A stretch of 61,802 nt of DNA, the filler included. It is 3 parts of 3 records of this genome, joined end to end, with 100 filler letters (N's around TTAATTAATTAA, not from the genome) between each part and the next. Parts side by side here need not be neighbours in the genome. Positions count along the whole stretch, not along the records: positions 48,085 to 61,802 come from SRR20825006_1350; 2 more parts are not named here. One strand, given 5' to 3'. Below, piece after piece: positions 57,340-61,802 of this stretch. The notes beneath the pieces were generated by a model. The model was not told the origin of the DNA, searched no databases, and saw only the letters and a list, made by a program, of their open reading frames with translations. A program made the position numbers and the translations under genes. The first letter of the stretch is position 1. Each line of letters begins with the position of its first letter.

Positions 57340-59273
57340 TGGCGCTGATTGAACTGGCTGGCATTCGTAAGCGCTATCCTGCCGGTGAGCAAGAGGTGGA
57401 AGTGCTGCACGGCATCGACCTGTCCATCGACGCGGGGGAATTCGTGGCGATCATGGGCAGCTCCGGCTCCGGTAAATCCACCCTGATGCACATTCTGGGT
57501 TGCCTGGATCAACCCAGCGACGGCGCTTACCGCTTTGCCGGGCGGGCGGTGACGGACATGGACCACGAGCAACTGGCCTGGCTGCGTCGGGAGATGTTCG
57601 GTTTCGTGTTCCAGAGCTATCACCTGATAGGCACTGCCAGCGCCTGGGAAAATGTGGCCTTGCCGGCCATTTATGCGGGGCTGTCCCGGGATGATCGCAA
57701 GCAACGGGCGCAGGCCCTGCTCAGTGATCTGGGGTTGCACGACAAACTGGAAAACCGGCCCAACCAATTATCCGGTGGCCAGCAGCAGCGGGTGTCCATT
57801 GCCCGTGCATTGATGAATGGCGGCAAGGTGATTCTCGCCGATGAGCCCACTGGTGCGCTGGACAGTGTTAGTGGCGAGGCGGTGATGGGCCAGCTCAAGG
57901 CGCTGGCGGAACAGGGCCACACGGTGATCGTGATTACCCATGACGCGGCAGTGGCCGAACATGCAGACCGGATAGTGGAAATCCGCGACGGTAACGTGAT
58001 TGATGATCGTCGTCGCCGCCCGCACCGGGTAGAAGCGGCCCATGCGGTGCCGGAACCGCCGCAGGAAAGCCGCTTTCCCGACCTGGGTGAAGTGCTGGAA
58101 TCGGTAGTAATGGCGTTGCGCTCATTACACGCCAACTGGCTGCGCACTTTACTTACCTTGCTTGGCATCGTGATCGGCGTGGGGTCGGTCGTCGTGATGC
58201 TGGCTATTGGTCAGGGCGCCAAGGAAGACGTGGTGGCGCGCATTGGCGAGCGTGGCGTGAACCTGCTGGTGATCCGGCCGGACCGGGGGCAGCAGCGTGT
58301 TGCCGACGGGGTGATCGCCACCCTGGTGCCGGAGGATGCCGACGCCCTGAAAGCCCTGCCCAATATTCGCGTTGCCGTGCCGGAAATTTCCGGCAGCGTG
58401 ACAGCCCGGGCCAACGGCAAGGACATTTCTACCAGTGTGCAGGCGGTGAGTGCGGAGTACCCCAGCTTGCGCGACTGGCAGCCGGTGCAAGGGGTGTATT
58501 TCAACAGCAGTGATGAAGCCAGCTACGCGCCGGTGGCAGTGATTGGGCAGACGGTGAAAGACAACCTGTTCCCGGACAGTGATCCTTTGGGCCAGTTTCT
58601 GTTGCTCGACAGCATCCCGTTTCAGGTTATTGGAGTAATGGGTAGTCAGGGGGCCACCGACTGGGGAGACGATCAGGACGATGTGGTGTTCGTGCCCTTG
58701 TCGACCGGCACCCTGCGGCTGTTCGGCCAGAATTATCTGCGTTCCATCACCCTGGCAGTGGATGACGTTACCGCCATCGATGAGACCGAAACCGCAGCGG
58801 TTAACCTGTTGACCCAGCGTCACGGTAAGGAGGATGTGCGTGTTTTCAATATGGCGTCCTTGCTGGATATGGTCTCGGAAACCCAGAACACCCTGACGTT
58901 GCTGTTGGGCTCCATCGCGGCGATTTCATTATTGGTGGGGGGGATCGGAGTGATGAACATCATGCTGGTGAGTGTCACAGAGCGCATTCACGAAATTGGT
59001 ATCCGCATGGCCACCGGCGCTCGTCAGCGCAATATCCTGCAGCAGTTTCTTACCGAAGCGGTGGTGGTGTCTGCGCTGGGCGGAGTGATCGGTGTGGTGA
59101 TTGGGGTTTTGGTGGGCTGGCTGCTGGACGCTTTCGGCATGGCCATTGTGTTCTCGGTATCGGTGATGGTGGCTGCTTTTGTTTGCGCCGCTGGCATCGG
59201 CCTGTTGTTTGGCTTTGCCCCCGCGTTGAAGGCCGCACGTCTGAATCCTGTGGAGGCACTCAGTAATGACTAA
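57339..59273 (+). CDS. macB: MacB-like ABC ATPase/permease fusion
   Basis: [45 protein letters not shown]. Confidence 0.92.
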   Translation: MALIELAGIRKRYPAGEQEVEVLHGIDLSIDAGEFVAIMGSSGSGKSTLMHILGCLDQPSDGAYRFAGRAVTDMDHEQLAWLRREMFGFVFQSYHLIGTASAWENVALPAIYAGLSRDDRKQRAQALLSDLGLHDKLENRPNQLSGGQQQRVSIARALMNGGKVILADEPTGALDSVSGEAVMGQLKALAEQGHTVIVITHDAAVAEHADRIVEIRDGNVIDDRRRRPHRVEAAHAVPEPPQESRFPDLGEVLESVVMALRSLHANWLRTLLTLLGIVIGVGSVVVMLAIGQGAKEDVVARIGERGVNLLVIRPDRGQQRVADGVIATLVPEDADALKALPNIRVAVPEISGSVTARANGKDISTSVQAVSAEYPSLRDWQPVQGVYFNSSDEASYAPVAVIGQTVKDNLFPDSDPLGQFLLLDSIPFQVIGVMGSQGATDWGDDQDDVVFVPLSTGTLRLFGQNYLRSITLAVDDVTAIDETETAAVNLLTQRHGKEDVRVFNMASLLDMVSETQNTLTLLLGSIAAISLLVGGIGVMNIMLVSVTERIHEIGIRMATGARQRNILQQFLTEAVVVSALGGVIGVVIGVLVGWLLDAFGMAIVFSVSVMVAAFVCAAGIGLLFGFAPALKAARLNPVEALSND

Positions 59274-60669
59274 GGCAATGAACAAGGTGGCATGGGTGAC
59301 GGTTTTTGTTCTGTTATCCGGCTGCGCCATGCGGTCCGGACTGGAGGCGCCCGAACAAAGCATGCCGGCACAGTGGCTTAACCAGCAGCAGGCCAGCGAA
59401 GCCATGGTGCATCACCCGCAATGGTGGCAGCAGTTCAACAGTGCGGAACTGGATCGGTTGGTGGACCAGGCGTTGGCGGCCAACACGGATTTACTGGCGG
59501 CGACGGCGCGGGTCGAGCAGGCGGATGCGCAACTCAGTCAGGCCGGTTCGGCCCTGTTCCCGACCCTGGGATTGGGCGCCGGGGGCAGCCGCAGTGGTGT
59601 ATTCGGCGAAAGCGGTAGCAGTGAAAGTTACAACGCCTCCGTGAGTGCCAGCTACGAGCTGGACCTGTGGGGGCAGCTTCGCAATAGCCGTGATGTGGCG
59701 CGGGCCTCCCTGCTGGCCAGCCAGTTCAGTCGCGATACCGTGCAGCTCACCGTGATTGCCAGTGTGGTGAATACCTATCTGCAGGTACTGTATCTGCAGG
59801 ACAACCTGGCGCTGTCGGAAGAAAACCTGGCGTTGGCCCAGCAAGTGCTGGAGGTGGTGCAGGCCAAGGTGGAGAACGGTGCTGTCTCCCCCCAGGATCT
59901 GGCCCAGCAGAAAACCGTGGTCGCCAATGTGAAAGCGCAGTTACCGTCCTTGCGTCACCAGTTGCGGCAAAGTCGCTATGCGCTGGCGGTATTGGTGGGA
60001 GAAATGCCACAGGCATTCCAGGTGGGCGGCGGTACCCTGAGCAACCTGCAGCTGCCGGAGATCCAGGCCGGTTTGCCGGATCAGGTGCTGGCCCAGCGCC
60101 CGGATATTGCCCAGGCCCAGGCCAGCCTGATGGCAGCGGACTATTCCGTGGCCGCCGCCCGGGCGGACTACTGGCCCTCCATCACGCTCACTGGCAGTGG
60201 CGGTTATGCCAGCAGCGCCCTGTCGTCGTTGTTCAATGGCGATGCGGTGTACAGCCTGGGCGTGTCGTTGGCGCAAACCCTGTTTGATGGCGGCGCCCGC
60301 AATGCGCGGATCGATCAGAGCAAGGCTGCCTGGCAAGAGCAAGTGGCCAGTTATACCGGCACCTTGCTGGTGGCCCTGCAGGAAGTGGAACAATCGCTGA
60401 GTAATGTGCAGGGGTTGGCCGAGCAACAACAGTATCGTGAAGAGGCATACCGGCAAGCCGAGGAAGCCTATCGGGTGGCGCAGGTGCGCTATCAGGAAGG
60501 AGAAACCGAACTCACCGATGTGCTCAGCGCGCAAAGCAGCTTTAACAGTGCCCGCCAGAACAGCCTGGATCTGATCTATAACCAGTATCAGTCGCGCATC
60601 ACCCTGTACCGGGTATTGGGTGAAGGGGGTGAGGGGGATGAAGGGAGCAAGGCGCCAGTGGAATCCTGA
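59266..60669 (+). CDS. Outer membrane efflux lipoprotein (NodT/OprM family)
   Basis: LSGC lipobox, [20 protein letters not shown]. Confidence 0.9.
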   Translation: MTKAMNKVAWVTVFVLLSGCAMRSGLEAPEQSMPAQWLNQQQASEAMVHHPQWWQQFNSAELDRLVDQALAANTDLLAATARVEQADAQLSQAGSALFPTLGLGAGGSRSGVFGESGSSESYNASVSASYELDLWGQLRNSRDVARASLLASQFSRDTVQLTVIASVVNTYLQVLYLQDNLALSEENLALAQQVLEVVQAKVENGAVSPQDLAQQKTVVANVKAQLPSLRHQLRQSRYALAVLVGEMPQAFQVGGGTLSNLQLPEIQAGLPDQVLAQRPDIAQAQASLMAADYSVAAARADYWPSITLTGSGGYASSALSSLFNGDAVYSLGVSLAQTLFDGGARNARIDQSKAAWQEQVASYTGTLLVALQEVEQSLSNVQGLAEQQQYREEAYRQAEEAYRVAQVRYQEGETELTDVLSAQSSFNSARQNSLDLIYNQYQSRITLYRVLGEGGEGDEGSKAPVES

Positions 60670-60743
60670 TGTGGCCCTTGGTTTGCCGCGTCATCCACTA
60701 ATCGACACAATACGGTGATCGACTCCAGCCTGTCAGGTCGCCC

Positions 60744-61652
60744 GTGCTGCCGCTTGTTTATCATCCCGAATACAGCTTTCCCTTTCCCGGCAAACACCGT
60801 TTCCCCATGGAGAAATTTGCTCGGCTGCATGGCCATCTGCGCAGCCGGGGCATTGCCCATGGTGATAACGAGTTCCGCCCCGGCCGGGCCAAGGCGACGC
60901 TGTTAAGTCAGGCTCACTGCCCGCAATACGTCTCGGCCATGGTGGACGGGACGCTGGATGCCAGGGCGCTACGTCGCATGGGGTTGCCGTGGAGCGAAGC
61001 CTTGATGAAACGCTCCTGCATTGCGCCCATGGGCACCTTGATGACCGCGCAGCTGGCACTGCAGCAGGGTATCGCCTGTCATCTGGCCGGCGGCACCCAT
61101 CACGCCCACTACGATTTCGGTTCCGGCTTCTGCATCTTCAATGATCAGGCATTTGCGGTGCGTCAGTTACTGGACCGGGGCGTGGTGAAAAAAGCACTGA
61201 TGTTTGATTGCGATGTGCATCAGGGCGATGGCACCGCAGCCATGCTGGCTGATGAGCCTCGGGCGTTTACCTGCTCCATTCATTGCGAGAAAAACTTTCC
61301 GGTACGCAAGATGAAAAGCGACCTGGATGTGGGGTTACCGCTGGGCATGACGGACCAGGATTATCTGGATACGGTGTTTGAGACGCTGGAGCAATTGCTG
61401 GATTGGGTGCAGCCGGATCTGGTTTTTTATGACGCCGGCGTGGATATCTTTCAGCACGATCCGTTGGGGCGCCTGCATATTTCCGAGCAGGGTATCGCCG
61501 ATCGCGACCGGGGTGTCCTTGCCCGTTGCCGTCAGCGGAATGTTCCTGTGGCCACGGTGATCGGGGGCGGCTACGATGATGATCGTGACGCCCTGGCGCA
61601 GCGCCATGCCATCGTTGTTGAAGCTGCGTCTGAAGTACATTCCTTAGTGTAG
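60744..61652 (+). CDS. Histone-deacetylase-family amidohydrolase
   Basis: HRFPMEKF, GGTHHA, GFCIFND, DCDVHQGDGT, GGGY. Confidence 0.92.
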   Translation: MLPLVYHPEYSFPFPGKHRFPMEKFARLHGHLRSRGIAHGDNEFRPGRAKATLLSQAHCPQYVSAMVDGTLDARALRRMGLPWSEALMKRSCIAPMGTLMTAQLALQQGIACHLAGGTHHAHYDFGSGFCIFNDQAFAVRQLLDRGVVKKALMFDCDVHQGDGTAAMLADEPRAFTCSIHCEKNFPVRKMKSDLDVGLPLGMTDQDYLDTVFETLEQLLDWVQPDLVFYDAGVDIFQHDPLGRLHISEQGIADRDRGVLARCRQRNVPVATVIGGGYDDDRDALAQRHAIVVEAASEVHSLV

Positions 61653-61801
61653 GAGCGTCGCTGTCGGCGCGAACAGCAGCCGCGAGTTTCGAGGAGCGAG
61701 TCTCGAAAAGCAAAACCTCAGAAAGCGAAATTTTCAGATTTTCGCAACTCGAAACTCGTGTCTCGAATCTGGGTTATCGCGCCGCCAGCGACGCTCCTGC
61801 A
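61648..61801. repeat. REPIN-like element (inverted GTAG-REP pair with inner inverted repeats)
   Basis: TGTAGGAGCGTCGCTGTCGGCGCGA (61648-61672) pairs 23/25 with 61777-61801; inner CGAGTTTCGAG/CTCGAAACTCG. Confidence 0.8.
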
Positions 61802-61802
61802 T

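Noticed and set aside
1-61802. CRISPR array, rRNA, or IS transposase
   Set aside because: No regularly spaced repeat-spacer array, rRNA-like sequence or DDE/HUH transposase motif was seen

Overview
The window is not one locus. It is three contigs joined by artificial 100-bp N/TTAATTAATTAA/N linkers (25851-25950, 47985-48084), so adjacency across linkers means nothing. Contig A (1-25850) is a nitrate/NO respiration cluster: narK-narK-narG-narH(partial), an unusual NIT-domain/Crp-Fnr fusion regulator with three FNR-type boxes nearby, a Moco-riboswitch-led moaA-mobA-moeA operon ending in a PLP decarboxylase, and qNor-ytfE opposite ybaN-nsrR with tandem NsrR boxes. Next to it lie a 168-aa ORF coupled to a 1775-aa protein with several tyrosine-recombinase folds, and a 42-bp palindrome just downstream. 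Contig B (25951-47984) looks alphaproteobacterial (inference). It has a GTA-type terminase pair, a Pho-box-controlled TonB receptor/beta-propeller phytase locus, small metabolic genes, and a ~9.7-kb island at tRNA-Leu(CAG) with visible att and arm sites that carries two recombinases, AlpA, a type III R-M system and a GIY-YIG-like protein. Contig C (48085-61802) looks gammaproteobacterial (inference). It has an imelysin/di-heme/DUF1513 iron-uptake operon, a MerR-CDF metal module, a MacAB-outer membrane factor pump, a deacetylase and GTAG-type REP/REPIN repeats. The best candidates for something new are the giant multi-recombinase element and the NIT-Crp/Fnr regulator with its apparent regulon. 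All family calls come from motif recognition by eye; no searches were run.
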